Assembly (NCBI GenBank): GCA_030704615.1
Contig: CM060731.1
Span: 23,994,001 to 24,058,000 of the forward strand
Direction: 5' to 3'
Origin: Takakia lepidozioides
Taxonomy: Eukaryota > Plantae > Bryophyta
DNA: 64,000 bases
The notes beneath the pieces are model-generated. The model searched no databases. It saw nothing but the letters and a program-made list of their open reading frames with translations, and had not been told where the DNA came from. Numbering within the stretch: the stretch's first letter is position 1; each line of letters opens with the position of its first letter. Below are positions 30,040 through 43,616 of the stretch, piece by piece. A program made the position numbers and the translations under genes.

Positions 30040-33000
30040 CTACAATTCTGAATGACATGGACGCCCCTTTGCGAAGTCCTGTGAGCGTCCAAAAATGAAC
30101 GAGCGGATCGATGCAAACATTTGGCTCCACGACCACTTGACAGGTTGTGGCTCCGTGACCACAGTGCACAGCGACTCGAAACTTACTTTCAAATACGGTG
30201 CAACATGCTCCTGCAAGTATACATTAAATCCCCACTCAAATCTGCCCCATTAGCTGTCATAAAGTGTCGTACAACTGATAGGGAGGGGCAAAGACATTTC
30301 TGTTTTTGGTTTAGAGATGGCAAACAGATCTCTTGATTTCCAGCAAATCAGAGATGATGTTCTGGTGCCTACTTTAGAACTGAACAAAAGGAACAGACTG
30401 CTTGCCAGCGTTGTGTTTAACATACTCCACCCCTGGTTTAGATGGGAAAACATGAGGGGGAAGAGAAAGACCTACGTCCACCCGACAAAGAATGTACTCA
30501 TAAGACATTGTTTGCCATAGCCTTGTGGCCATTGACCCCGCGCCCAGTTTGAGCGGAACACAAAGGGACAGAAACTACCTTTGTCAGGGGCTGACGACTG
30601 TAGTATGACTTACCGAACAGACAATTGATCCGAGTTTTCCAGATGTCCTCTACAAATCCCTTTACACAAGCATCAATCTGCTGTATGTGATTTTTCCCAA
30701 TAACTAGGCCCCAAAAGAGCATGGGCTTTTGGCTCAGCCTCGAGATTTTCAAAGTTGGAAACAGAGGTACAGGCAAAAGTCTCATGATGGATTTGAAGAG
30801 GGCGTCTCTCTGGTGAGAATACACAGGACAATGAATCAGAAAATGAATATTGTCTTCAGGTTGCCCCACACAACGGGCATTTGCAATCCCCCTTTCCTCT
30901 CTGCATCTGTTTGCTGTTCAACCCGCCCTCAGTTTAAATTTCAGTCTAGTGCCAAGAGTGGGCAAACCCTTGAGGTCATCCATGATTGCCTCCCCATGTC
31001 ACAGACTGGAAACAAGTTCAGGGAAGTTTTCTGCCTAACTTCATTTTCATCAGACAATTTCCTGGCAACAGACATGGCCTTGGACACTACAGCCTCTAAG
31101 TCAACCTGAGAGAGAGAGTAAGACATCCACAAAGAGAGAAGTTTGATGTAGCCTAGACCCAGCGCCCAGCTTGAGCAGAACAAAAGGGAGAAGACACCAT
31201 CTTTGTCCGGGGCTCACTCCAGTAGTGGGACTTAGCATTATATAAACAATTTGTTCCAACTTTCCAGATTTCCTGTAAAAAGCACACAGGCATTGATCTG
31301 CTGTCTGTGATCTGCCCAACAGTTCGGCCCCAACAGGGCCAGGGCTTTAGGCTCATTTGATAGTTGAGAATTTACTCATGAGACGTCAATCAACGAGAGT
31401 ATTAGAATGTACTCATAAGACGTTCTTTGCCATAGCCTTGTGGCCATTGGGAGTATTAGAGAATGTACTCATAAGACATTGTTTGCCGTAGCCTTGTGGC
31501 CATTGACCCCGCGCCCAGTTTGAGCAGAACATAAAGGGAGTATTAGAGAGAGAGAGAGTGACAAGCACTTCAGCTGTAACCCCAGGCCCCATCTGTGGTG
31601 AGGCAGGGAAAAGAAATCATGCTTTCTGGTATGATGTTAATGCCAGCCTCATCATCACTACTGCAATTTTGGTTTCCACATTAATGGGGGAGGTGGATAT
31701 CCACAATAATATGCAAAGTAGACTATGCCTTGAGGATGTCACAGCAAATGTGTGCGCGGTTGACCAACAAGTACTCCCCCACCCCTCTCTCTCCCCCTCT
31801 CTCTCTCTCTTTCAAACTGGCAAGGGCAAAGCTCTGGGGCTCACTAAATTTTTCCACTGCAGAGGGGTCACCTCTGAGGTTAAGAAAACCATGCTTTGTC
31901 GCGTTATTAGACCTGCCTTGGAGTACGGATCTGCTATATGGGTTGATAACTCCAACCAGGCTAAGTCTCTAGAATCCATTCAAGTGGGGGTGCTTAAGGA
32001 GTGTATGTCAGCATGCTCCAAAACAGCCAATGTGGCTGTTCGGGGTGAGTTTGGCATTCTGTCCTTAAGCTCCCGACGAGATGAATTCAAGGTCAGATGG
32101 TGGGGTCAGCTGCAACATATGCCCAACACCAGATATCCTAAGTTAATCGACTCTACATCTTGGAAACAGGACCGCCCTGTCAAACAGGCTAAGTCCTGGC
32201 AGAAGAGAGTAGAAGAGATCCTCAAGGACCTGGACCTGGATCCGCAAGTCTTGACCCTGCTGGATAAATCTGACTTAGAGGCTGTAGTGTCCTCAGCCAT
32301 GTCTGTTGCCATGAGATTGTCTGATGAAAATGAAGTTAGGCAGAAAACTTCCCTGAACTTGTTTCCAGTCTGTGACATGGGGGAGGACATCTTGGATGAC
32401 CTCAAGGGTCTACCCACTCTCGGCACTAGACTGAAATTTAAACTCAGGGCAGGAAGCCTACCTTTGAACAGCAAACAGAAGCAGAGAGGAAAGGGGAGAG
32501 TGCAATTGTCCGTTGTGTGGGCAATCTGAAGACAGTATTCATTTTCTGATACACTGTCCGGGGTTCTCTCACCAAAGAGACGCTCTCTTCAAATCTATCA
32601 AGGGAATTGTGCCTGTACCCCTGTTTACCAACTTTGAAAGTCTCGAGGCTGAGCCAAAAGCCCAGGCCCTCCTGAGGCCTAGTTTTTGGGCAAATCACAC
32701 ACAGCAGATTGATGCTTGTGTGAAGGAATTTCTAGAGGATATCTGGAAAACCCGGATTAATTCTATATATGAAGGTAAGTCTTACTACCAACGTCAGCCC
32801 CTGACAGAGGTAGGTTCTGTCCCTTTTGTTCCCGCTCAAACTGGGCGCGGGGTCAATGGCCACAAGGCTACGGCAAACATCGTCTTATGAGTACATTCTC
32901 TGGACTCTCTGTTGCTTCCCTACTGCCACAAAATACAGAAAAGGTGGAAATCACGTCCAAACAGGATCGCAACAGACTCATCAGAAGAGAACTTATGGAA

Positions 33001-36000
33001 CTCCACGTCAGGCGAATATGGAAGCCACCCACTCTAACAACAAAACTCCATTTCTATTGGGAGACATTCTTGGGAGACATTCTTGGTTCTCCGTGATGAT
33101 AGAATCTTGCGGCCCAATTACCTCTCAGCACCTTTATCTCCCTCCCTCCTGAGGGCATTGGGGCGGTTCAGGGTGGGTTCCGACACTCTACTGATTGAGA
33201 CTGGTAGATGGGAAAACCTGCAACAGGAGGACCACGTATGTCCATGCACTGGGCGCAACCAGAAATCGAAACTGAAGAACATTTCTTCTTTCATTGCCCT
33301 CTCTACTATGAGATCCATGGGAGATTCAACTGTCTACTCCGTGGAACCCAATCTAGTCTTTCATTATGAGGATCAAAAGTGCTTGGCAGCCTATCTGCAT
33401 GAGGCGTTGACCCTTAGGCAATCCCTTGAACAATAGTTGCTTTTGGGCTGCTTTTGGCTGTCTCTTTGGGTGGTTTTGTCTTCCTAATTCTTGTTTCTTG
33501 TTATTCCATTTTGTCCCATAAGCTGTTTTTGCTTTCTGCAGACCATTTCATGTCATTTCTGTTCCGCCCAAACTTTGTAACATCCACGGGAAGTTCAAAG
33601 AGCTTATGGGAGACTGTCTGTTGGTAGATACAGATGAAACAAGGATTTACCTTGAATACCTCGAAAGGGCAGAAATATGTTCCATTGCATGCCTGCATCC
33701 ACATGTCACACCATATCATTAGACGGCTGTAATACACACCTACCCGTAACAGCAATATCTACAAAACAATCACTGCAACAAAAGAAACCTGGAGGATAAG
33801 AGTGCGATGCCTGTCGTAGCCTAAAGGGTAGAGACAAACAGATACTAACTTACCATCAAGTCATTGTGGAGTGACTTGACTATCTGTAAAGCAGGACTCA
33901 GAAGGGGTTGACTGAAAGAGTACATACCGGCATTACTACAGGCTTCTCATTGTGCAGCGCCTGCACCAAAAACCTTGACTTCAATGCGTGATCTTGTCCA
34001 GTGTTTTCCACTCCTATTGGGCACTTGTAAAGTACCAGGGCGGTGTTTGCTGCGAAGGGTGCCACTAGGCTGCCTCTCCACAGACGCTGGTGAGGGGGCC
34101 TGAGTGGAACCTTCAAGGGTTGCTCAGCTTGAACGTTCTTCACATCTGGTCCAAGAAGAAGTATGTGTTATGGTCATGCATTCATGAACTCTTCACTAAA
34201 ACAGAAGCAGAAGATAAACCCCTAAATGTGCACTAGTCTCTAAAGACACAACTGTATGACTCAAACAGTGTTTGGTGAATCAAGGGCTACAACACCACAT
34301 CGCACCACAAGTTTTCTTTGGGGCCTAGCACAGTGCACAATCTGTGTATGAACAGGCCAGAGGAGAAACTACCTGTGCCTTCCCCAAACAGCCCCAGAAG
34401 ACAAGTGAACGGTATGACAGTCTCTGCATGTGCGAATCGCATCCTCGCTTTTTCCACTGCTGAGTCACTGGGAGGTTCTGTGATCAAAGAATGCAAGGCA
34501 TCTTATATATCTGACAGTAGTTGGATGACTCGTGGTCCTTATAGAATGTACTCATGAGACATTGTTTGCCGTATCTTTGTATAGACCCTTATAGTTATCC
34601 TTACAGAAATTGTGTCTATAAACATTCTATGAAAATCTTGCGACCTTATATAGAGCATAGATATTTAAATGTATTATTTGCTTGACACCCAAGCTCGCTA
34701 TCTAATCTTCTTCATCTCCATAATCAGGTGACAACTTCCACACTGAATGGTAAACAATCATTAAGTGCCCTGATTTTTTGAGTTATAGAGACAAGACCTT
34801 CAGTGGCTGCTATCGTGCGTTCCATAGATCCGAGAACATCTTCAAGGAGGGGTACACCCATTTGGTAATTGATGGCCTCTCCATAGCCTTTCAGATGATG
34901 CATCTCCAGGTCGTCTGCCCACTCCAGCAGCTCCACCTACCCCATGCAAGATCACTTTCCAAATTCCTGAGCGAATGCAAGCAAGATTAACTCCATGATT
35001 CAACTAAAAACATTTATTGAGTTCTCAGAAAATTATCCTCATGTTCAGACATAAGATTTCGTGCATGAAGACCTCAAGCTGGTGTAATCGTGCTAAAAGT
35101 GCTAAGAGTGCAATTTCGGAACACTCTCAAGCTGACAAATTTTAGTATTCTACAAAGGTAGAGGCAACATCTGACGCACCTCCTCTGGGGTAAAGAGACC
35201 ACAGGCGCGATCGGTTATGTTCAAAAGTGCTGCCTCCTGATGGATCCCTGACAAGCAATTTAGTTGCCGAGACATACTATTTTCTCCCTAAAGATCCCAG
35301 CACTCATAGTGTGCCCTTACATAAGAAACAGTACAACATCCTTTCTCTCACCCTCTCTTTGCCATGAGTGACTGCTATATACTTCATATGCAGAAATATT
35401 AACTATATGGGTGGGCTTAGGAGACAAAGGGAACCAGATGGACTTCTAGAACATAGCTCTGGCTACACAAAGCCTTGGAGTTTGAGTTTGGGTCCAAGCT
35501 GTCAACATAGAAGAGAAACATGTCTGGATGCTAGCCAGAGGAACTTGCGAAAAACAGCTGCTGATGAAGCTACAATTGCATATCATTGGTAGAAATGAGT
35601 GCAGCTAAGGAGGATATCTAATTGAAGGATTTTATTTGGTGTTGAGCAAATTACTTGCAAATCCTGATAATCTCATATGCTGACCACTGCTGATTCAATA
35701 TGGCATTTCCGCAGCACCTGGATTAGGAAAACATACGTTCTTGCATAGAAGCCAAAGCGATGCTGTATCATTACTGGTGACTGCCAAACCGTAGCGTTCT
35801 CTCACTCCCTTGGCCACCAGCTCATAGACTTCCTCCTGTAACCCAGCCACTGCTGGCTTCCGGAGCTTCTTAGATTCCTGCAACCACCAGCCACCATTGT
35901 CTGTCTTGAGTTGACTGTATGTTCCCAGCTTTCTAACAAGTGATGATGCAAGAATATGAGAGTCCAGATACTTCAACCCACTGTCCTAGAAGGATAATGC

Positions 36001-38871
36001 TCAAATGAGAAATCACTCCACTTTTTTCCTTTTCAAATGATCTTATTTTGAGAATCAATACCACTGGGAGTCATCAACATACTGTATTAAATGCTTGAAA
36101 AGGGTAGACAGAGCGGGGCCGCGACAAGGACCTTGTAGGCAAGACATGTGTCGTGGAAACGGAGATGGATATCATGCCCACGGCTGTCAGTGATGACAGC
36201 AAAGGCACGATGCTTTCCAGGTCCAAGTGTGCCTCTGCCAGCAAACAATCCTATTCCAAATGCCACTGCACTGGCTGAAGTCCTTGCTACCTGCCCAACC
36301 ATTACAACCTCATCCATGTCTGACATACGCACTATGAATGGCCAGACACTGAAATCTGCCATAGTGGAGCCAAATTCCTCAATCGTATTACAGGCTCCTT
36401 GACCCTCAAACTCAAACAAAGGCTTGCTTCATCAGGCAGTCAGAAAGGGATTGAGCAATTTCTTCAGGTTGCATTTGCTAAAAATAGCAGTGCAAGAGAA
36501 TGCATATGCCACGGGGCATCACTTACGCACTAACAGAAGTTTGCTAACTACCTGCAGAAATTCAATGTCAATGGACCCTGATATGGAGTGTGGGTTATCT
36601 GCATCAAGGCATAAAGCAATCTCAGATCTTGAACAACCAGCTGCTACAACCAAGAGAACATACAGAATTGCATATGGATGGAAGGTACCTGTGTTGCAAT
36701 TATGGGGTAGATGTCAGGATGATAGTCGTCTTTGAATATTTCTGGAAATGAATTACGAAGCCTCTGTGCCAGCTGATACATTTCCTCCTCACCCTGAGGA
36801 AGTAGCTCTCCACCTACCTTGCGTCCTTCCCACGGTGACTTCCATCCCCGAATCCAGCTGGGGGGTGAGGGATGATCTGCTGCTTGGTTGCGGTCCACCT
36901 CAAGGAGCAAGGACTGAAGCCTCTCCGCAAGGTGCTCCAGCTCTTTGATGCGCTTCTTGGTGGGAGCACGTGTCCCATGTCTCGCCTGAAAATCAGTTTG
37001 GTCCACATCAGTTTGGCTGTCTTTAGCTGGGTGTTCCTGCTCTTTGCCCCATAAGCTCTCGTGGATGTTGTCATCTTTCTTTCTCTCTCTCCCTTCTCAA
37101 GCACTGTGTGACTGGCAGCACAGACACAGCAACATATGTCACATCTGTGTCGGATTGGGGGCTAGAGCAGCGTTTATATTATCTGTTGGATGATCTCCAT
37201 GCCAACCAGTATGACAACACTCAATTCTATGTGACTGAATAGTTCTGGGCTGAGAGTGAACATTTCAGCAATTCTGAGCTGACAAGTGCAGTCTGAGATT
37301 CCTACTATCGTGGACTCCAACCTGACAAAACAACTGACAAGACAAGACAACTGATGGCCATTGATGCCCTCAAAAGATGCAATATACCAGTCAATGAGTA
37401 CATTTCTCTCACTCTGTCAGCCAGACGACATCTCACACATGTGGCAGTGAACCAGCCAGATCTGACCATGTACCAAGCTATAGTCAGATGTATGCTAGCA
37501 CAATAGCCATTTTGGGTTGTCTCTCATATACGTTTGTGGGCCGAAACCCCACCACCGGCTCTAGGAAGTTTCATTGCCACTCACGGGACAAGACAAATGT
37601 GGCAGTGTACACTGGAACACCTCCTTGCAAAGGATGTATTGCCAACCCAAACTAACACTTCAAAGAAGTGACTGACAGCCATCTATCAACGAGTGCAGGT
37701 AGAGAAAATATTCATGTAGGATGCATCATACCACAAGATTGAGGTGGATTGGGACACAATCTGATGGCACAATGCGAGGGTCCTCAACCTCCTCATTGAC
37801 ACTCTTTCCTGCTTCATATCTGCACCACTGCAATACAACTTCCATAAGCATTTCCCCTGGGGTCAATGTCCAGACTTCAATCTCCGGCTCCTACTGGTGC
37901 TAATCGATCTGTAGGCTCTCATGCGAGGTGCTTGCAATCCTCCCTCATCAATGGCAAGGTAGCTTTCCAGCATCACGACCAAATAATGCAGGCCTGACTG
38001 GGACAGACGTAACAATGCTACTACAACCAACAGTCTGCAGTTCATATCTGACTTGTTTCATTTGAAGACTTTAGTACGTCATTGAAGTAGAGCTTATGAG
38101 CTAGGTCCTTCAAGACAAGTATCGAAAGTAAGCAGTAATCTAGCTGATTATGACCATCCTCTCTAAGTGGTCATGACAAAATGCACAGGTTATTGCAAAT
38201 TTCCCCTGAAACTTGCATATGCCAATCCAGAACCCTAAACCCTCAATTGTGTAAACTAATTCCAAGTAACGTTTGATCAGAGTGATGCACCCACATCGAT
38301 ATCATTTTCAAATTTGGTCTTAAAAGGTAAGTGATCGCTGATTTTCCGCTCTGCTTTCTTCAACTAGGTAGTACCTCTCTGACAGTTACTAGGTCAGTCG
38401 AACAATCCCTCCACCATCCCTCCACATATGAAGGAGAGGGACAGCTACGCCGCTAAGACCTTTGTGATCCTGGCAGTTGCAAGCTTGTTACGCACTATAA
38501 CATTGGAAACTCTCAAGCAAGACATTGCCCTTTTGATGCAAAAGGGTCAGTCGAACAATCCCTCCACCATCCCTCCACATATGAAGGAGAGGGACAGCTA
38601 CGCCGCTAAGACCTTTGTGATCCTGGCAGTTGCAAGCTTGTTACGCACTATAACATTGGAAACTCTCAAGCAAGACATTGCCCTTTTGATGCAAAAGAAA
38701 GGACCTGCTCGAAGTTGACAGATGATGTCTGACATCAAAGTCCACCGGTGCCGCCTCTGTATACAATGCTATGAGCAGTGGACCTAAAATACTCAAGACA
38801 ATTACAGCGATCGAAACAAAGTGGCAAGTAGCAGTAGTCCGAGGCCTCAGGCCACAAACTCCTTTCTCCAT
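30040..38871 (-). CDS. MINPP1: Multiple inositol polyphosphate phosphatase 1-like histidine acid phosphatase (clade-2 histidine phosphatase)
   Basis: Eleven GT-AG exons (38871-38705, 37819-37732, 36985-36689, 36290-36132, 35877-35737, 35236-35180, 34936-34798, 34477-34373, 34145-33928, 33692-33651, 30210-30040) total 1584 nt = 527 aa. Features: N-terminal hydrophobic signal, FDVRHHLSTSSRY, catalytic RHGTRAP, FAHAET, and C-terminal HSEL. Confidence 0.92.
30490..31105 (-). mobile_element. LINE 3' fragment in the last MINPP intron
   Basis: Encodes a CCHC knuckle (...EDNIHFLIHCP) and is the near-identical reverse complement of 32270-32897. Confidence 0.85.
31150..31547 (-). mobile_element. Three further short or diverged 3'-end copies of the same LINE
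   Basis: Tail motif ATGTACTCATAAGAC..T.TTTGCC.TAGCCTTGTGGCCATTG at 31407-31449 and 31463-31537; a diverged copy lies at 31157-31356. Confidence 0.75.
31812..32899 (+). mobile_element. 5'-truncated LINE (RT C-terminal region plus CCHC zinc knuckle)
   Basis: IRPALEYGSAIW...LESIQ...ANVAVRGEFG...C.LCGQSEDSIHFLIHCP, with one frameshift. It starts right after a (CT)n tract and ends GTCTTATGAGTACATTCT. Confidence 0.88.
32900..33436 (+). mobile_element. 3' fragment of a second LINE family
   Basis: ALGRFRVGSDTLLIETGRW...VCPC...ETEEHFFFHCPLY matches a LINE C-terminal CCHC region, frameshifted. Confidence 0.7.
38392..38697. repeat. Perfect 153-bp tandem duplication in MINPP intron 1
   Basis: 38392-38544 is identical to 38545-38697 (GGTCAGTCGAACAATCCC...TTTTGATGCAAAAG). 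Confidence 0.92.
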
Positions 38872-40569
38872 GTTGCTCAAACTCCCCACTTGAATCTGGA
38901 TCTTCCAGTCCTTTATCAACCTGGCCTTACCACACGCTGCACAAGCAATGCCCTAACAGAGAACAAAAACCAGATCCTGCTCGCAAAAACCCTCCTTGGT
39001 GAGAGACAATCTTCCACACCCAATTCTACAAATAAGATTCTGCTTTCAACAATTGTGCAATCGAGCAACAAGAATCCAAGTATGTTGTCAGCCTGAGCGA
39101 AACCCAAGTTGCGAAATCCAAGCAGTTTGCGCTGCAGGCCAGCTTGCTCTGGCAGAGACAAGCGGTGCCCCTATTACTACCCACGTGTCGCTTTCCTACA
39201 GATGCACTTGGCATCTTGGGAGAAGAGTTGGCCTGCATAACTAGGGTGATCCTGGGCTCAATCCTTCAACATGTGCCTTCAGCCATCCACTGGCCATCAA
39301 AGGCTGTTGTAGGAAGTAGAAGTAAAAAAGTTTGACGCCTCCACAAGGGAGCGTAACTTATGGTGTCACTTCACCACAAGGGCTACTAGTGCCTTCCAGC
39401 TGAAAGGTATGTGCCTATTACCACTTGGCTACATGCTGGTTGTAGGAAGTATAGGAATGGGCGCACATTAGAAAAGGCGTTTAATGTGACCCCTTTGGTC
39501 CTGCCTGCGTGCCCCAGCTACGCCGGCTCCTGCGCGGCTCGCGGTCGCTGCACCCGGGCGCTCCCCGCCCGCCCTCACCACACCACATGAGCTCTGTGGC
39601 ACATGACACCTATCACCACAACCCAACATCGCGCACGAGACACATCGTGAGTCGAAAACATGGATCCACACATGGCAGATGACACATACAGGATGGTCAT
39701 GAAAGTAACATGATGACCATAGGAGTGAAGCCAACATATGCATGTATACACAAGGTTGTACATGTTCAAATTTCAAAATTCAAATTTCAAAATTCAAATT
39801 TGAAATTTAGTATTATTTTATGGAGAGGATTGTTCATAACGATCTTGTGGGTCTACTTCTAGGATTTATGATGGATGTATCTAGGTACGGATGGATGAGA
39901 CCAAGAAGTATGTGTAATGAGAGGCAACCTCCAATCGTCACCTTCCTTTCATGGTCCTCTCAAACTGTTCTTTCCACGAAAGCAGAACGTGCAGCCAGTA
40001 TCAGCCATGCCTCAGGTCCCTGAATTGCGCCACGATATGTTTGTTGCCAAGAATGAAGAAAACATTGCATCCCATCTTGTTTTGCTGCTTCGAAACCAAG
40101 TTCAAATGCCCACTATAGGTGATTTTAACCATCATGTACTGCAGTGGCCAATGGCATGGCAAGTCTCCTGGCCAAAACTCAGCCGAAGCCGCATACATTC
40201 CCTAGAATCCACTAGAAGAAAAACGCGGAATAACCACTCTGTTAACCACTCATTTTGAGTGGTAAAAGACACTAAACCACTCTGGCCCCAGAGTGATGAA
40301 GAACCAGTGCATTAGGACAAGTGAGTGGTAAAAGACATTACGTGGCACCGGTGGTTAAGGACAGTGGTTCGAACCACTCACGTCCGGGTCCACCTGTTAG
40401 CTGACGTGTCACTAAGGTAAACCAACCACTTATGACGTGTCACAGTGGTAAACTGACGTGTCATAGTGGTAAAGTAACCACTTCCGTTTTGTAGTAGAGA
40501 CGTGTAAGCCGATGGTCCGTGGATGATATTGGAGATTATGTCGACACGTGGCGACACTCTCAGCATGGA

Positions 40570-42380
40570 CACGTGTCGGGTATTGTTCAGAATGACATCT
40601 GGTACAATTCCAACTCTAAAGATGTCGCCATGGACCTCTTTCCCCTTTTCCAAAGCTGCTAGGGCAGTGTTCAAATTGACATTTGGCACAACTCCAGCTT
40701 TGATGATATCCCCATGCACCTCTTGCCCTTCTCCAGGGCTGCCAGGCTTGCACAAGAATTGCAAATGCACACAAACATGATGTGCTTCCCCCATCCTTTG
40801 CTCATAGGTCTCCAAAGCCTCCTTCCCTTGTCCCTGCCGTGCATACCTTGCAAGCATCGCACTCCACGACACCACATCTCGTTCAGCCATAGTGTCGAAC
40901 ACTCCCTTTGCATCCTAGATCCTAAATCCCTTTGCACCCACATTTTGCAAACATGTCCACCAGGGTATGGTTCAGAATGACATTTGGTACAATTCCAGCT
41001 CTGAAGATGTCGCCATGGACCTCTTTCCTCTTTTTCCAGAGCTGCCAGGGCAGTGTTCATAATGACATTTGGTACAATTCCAGCTTTGATGATACCCCAT
41101 GCACCTCTTTGCCCTTGTTCAGGCTCGATGCACCCACATTTTGCATAAATGTCCACCAGGGTATGGTTCAAAATGACATTTGGTACAATTCCAGCTCTAA
41201 AGATGTCGCCATGGACCTCTTTCCCCTTTTCCAGAGCTGCCAGGGCAGTGTTCATAATGACATTTGGTACAATTCCAGCTTTGATGATACCCCATGCACC
41301 TCTTTGCCCTCGTCCAGGCTCGATGCACCCACATTTCGCATACATGTCCACCAGGGTATGGTTCAGACTGACATTTGGTACAATTCCAGCTCTAAAGATG
41401 TCACCATGGACCTCTTTCCCCTTTTCCAGAGCTGCCAGGGCAGTGTTCAGATTCACATTTGGTACAATTCCAGCTTTGATGATATCCCCATGCACCTCTT
41501 TGCCCTTCTCCAGGCCGGCTGCCAGGCTTGCACAAGCATTGCAAATGCACACAAACATGATGTGCTTCCCCCATCATTTGCTCATAGCTCTCCAAAGCCT
41601 CCATTCCACATCCCTGCTGTGCATACCCTGCAAGCACATCATATCGCACTCCACGACACCACATGTCGTTTAGCCATAGTGTCGAACACTCCCTTTGCAT
41701 CCTAGATGCACCCACATTTTGCAGACATGTCCACCAGGGTATTGTTCAGATTGTCATCTGGTACAATTCCAACTCTGAAGATGTCGCCATGCACCTCTTT
41801 CCCCATTTCCAAAGCTGCCATGGCAGTGTTCGATTGACATTTGGCACAATTCCAGCTTTGATGATATCCCTATGCACCTCTTGCCCTTCTCCAGGGCTGC
41901 CAGGCTTGCACGCACATTGTATATGCACACAAACATGATGTGCTTCCCCCATCATCTGCTCATAGCTCTCCAAAGCCTCCATCCCACGTCCCTGCCGTGC
42001 ATACCCTGCAAGCATCGCACTCCACGACACCACATCTTGTTCAGCCATAGTGTCAAACACTCCCTTTGCATCCTAGATGCACCCACATTTTGCAAACATG
42101 TTCACCAGGGTATTGTTCATAATGACATCTGATACAATTCCAGCTCTGAAGATGACGCCATTGACCTCTTTCCCCTTTTCCAAAGCTGCCAGGGCAGTGT
42201 TCAGATTGACATTTGGCACAATTCCAGCTTTGATGATATCCCCATGCACCTCTTGCCCTTCTCCAGGGCTGCCAGGCTTGCACAAGCATTACAAATGCAC
42301 ACAAATACGATGTGCTTCCCCCATCATTTGCTCATAGGTCTCCAAAGCCTCCATCCCACGTCCCTGCCGTGCATACCCTG
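40570..42380 (-). pseudogene. Degenerate tandem array of PLS-type PPR motifs inside the CACTA element
   Basis: Repeated LEKGKEVHGDIIKAGIVPNV.LNTALVDMYAKCGCI and FDTMAERDVVSWSAMLAGYARQG.G.EALE.YEQM units, with many frameshifts and internal deletions. Confidence 0.88.
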
Positions 42381-43616
42381 GACCAAGCTGACCTCCCAAG
42401 AACCTTGTAAACATCAGTGAGGACTTAAGTGCGTAGCAGCGATAGGGCTTAGTGGTGTGAGCCTGTCTACCACCCCCTAACCTGTGTGGCCTAAGTCTAC
42501 CATCTGTAAGTCTGCGCAAAATTAAGGGTACCCCACAGAACCCGTACTTAGTGCTTGAGGGGAAAAAAAAACATCGCATTGGTCCATGAGAACCATCATG
42601 GTGCAGCTAAGCGAGCAGAGATTGAAACACGACCTGCTAAGACCAAGCTGACTCTTCCAAGAACCTTGTAAACATCAGGAAGAATACCAAATCATGGTAC
42701 TAACAAGAGCCAAAAGCCCACATTTGCAGGATGGACAAACTTCTTCACATCCTACATTAAGAAAAAGCCACACCTTGCGATTGCGATTGTCCCACCATCA
42801 TGAAGGATCGTAAAAAACTCATGCGAGCTTTGTTCTGTGCTGCAAATTCAAGGCCGAATCCGATGAGAGGGCAAAACAGGCTGAAATAGGTCGAAGATGA
42901 AGGTGCCCTAACCACATTGTCGTCGACCTTGTGTCATGACCCATGGAGGATTTGACAGACCATGAACCCAAACGGACCTCTTGTGTGTGCTGCTTGTGTC
43001 TGTAGTCAGGTAATGTCGGATTGTCCATGAGAACCACCACGGTGCAGCTGAGCGAGCAGAGATTGAAATGCGACCTGCTGAGACCGACCTGCACGAGGAC
43101 TTAGTGTGCACAACAATTATCGGGCTTAGTGGGGCTTAGTGCATGAGGGGGAAAAAAACAACACGAGGAGTTTGAACCTGCGACCCTGCGACATGCAGAA
43201 AGTGCCCTTACCAGTATGCTACATGCACACATTTGAAATTTCTCCCCAAAAGTATCTATATATTGTACATACGTGAAGGGCAAATTTTTAAGTTTTTTAA
43301 CCTTTTCACAAACCCTATAAGCAACTTTTTGTTTTTTTTTTTTTTAATAAATTTTAAGGGAAACCTCAGGCCCTTGAGGAGGGGAAAAATTAACCCCCTT
43401 TCATTTATGGGCCATGAGACCTACAGGAGGATCAACGCCCAGACATACCGTCGTCACAAACAATCCCACACATGGAGTAATGCAGCGGGTTTGAACCCTG
43501 AACCACCAGGGCAACACACTTTGCACTTACCAGCCGATGTGCTTTAAATCTTTTGCACTTTGATTTTTTTTTTAAATTCATTTTAGTGGTTACAAGTGAG
43601 CACATAGATATATTCC

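Noticed and set aside
38428-38718. 96-aa repeated ORF antisense to MINPP intron 1
   Set aside because: Artefact of the 153-bp (51-codon) tandem duplication.
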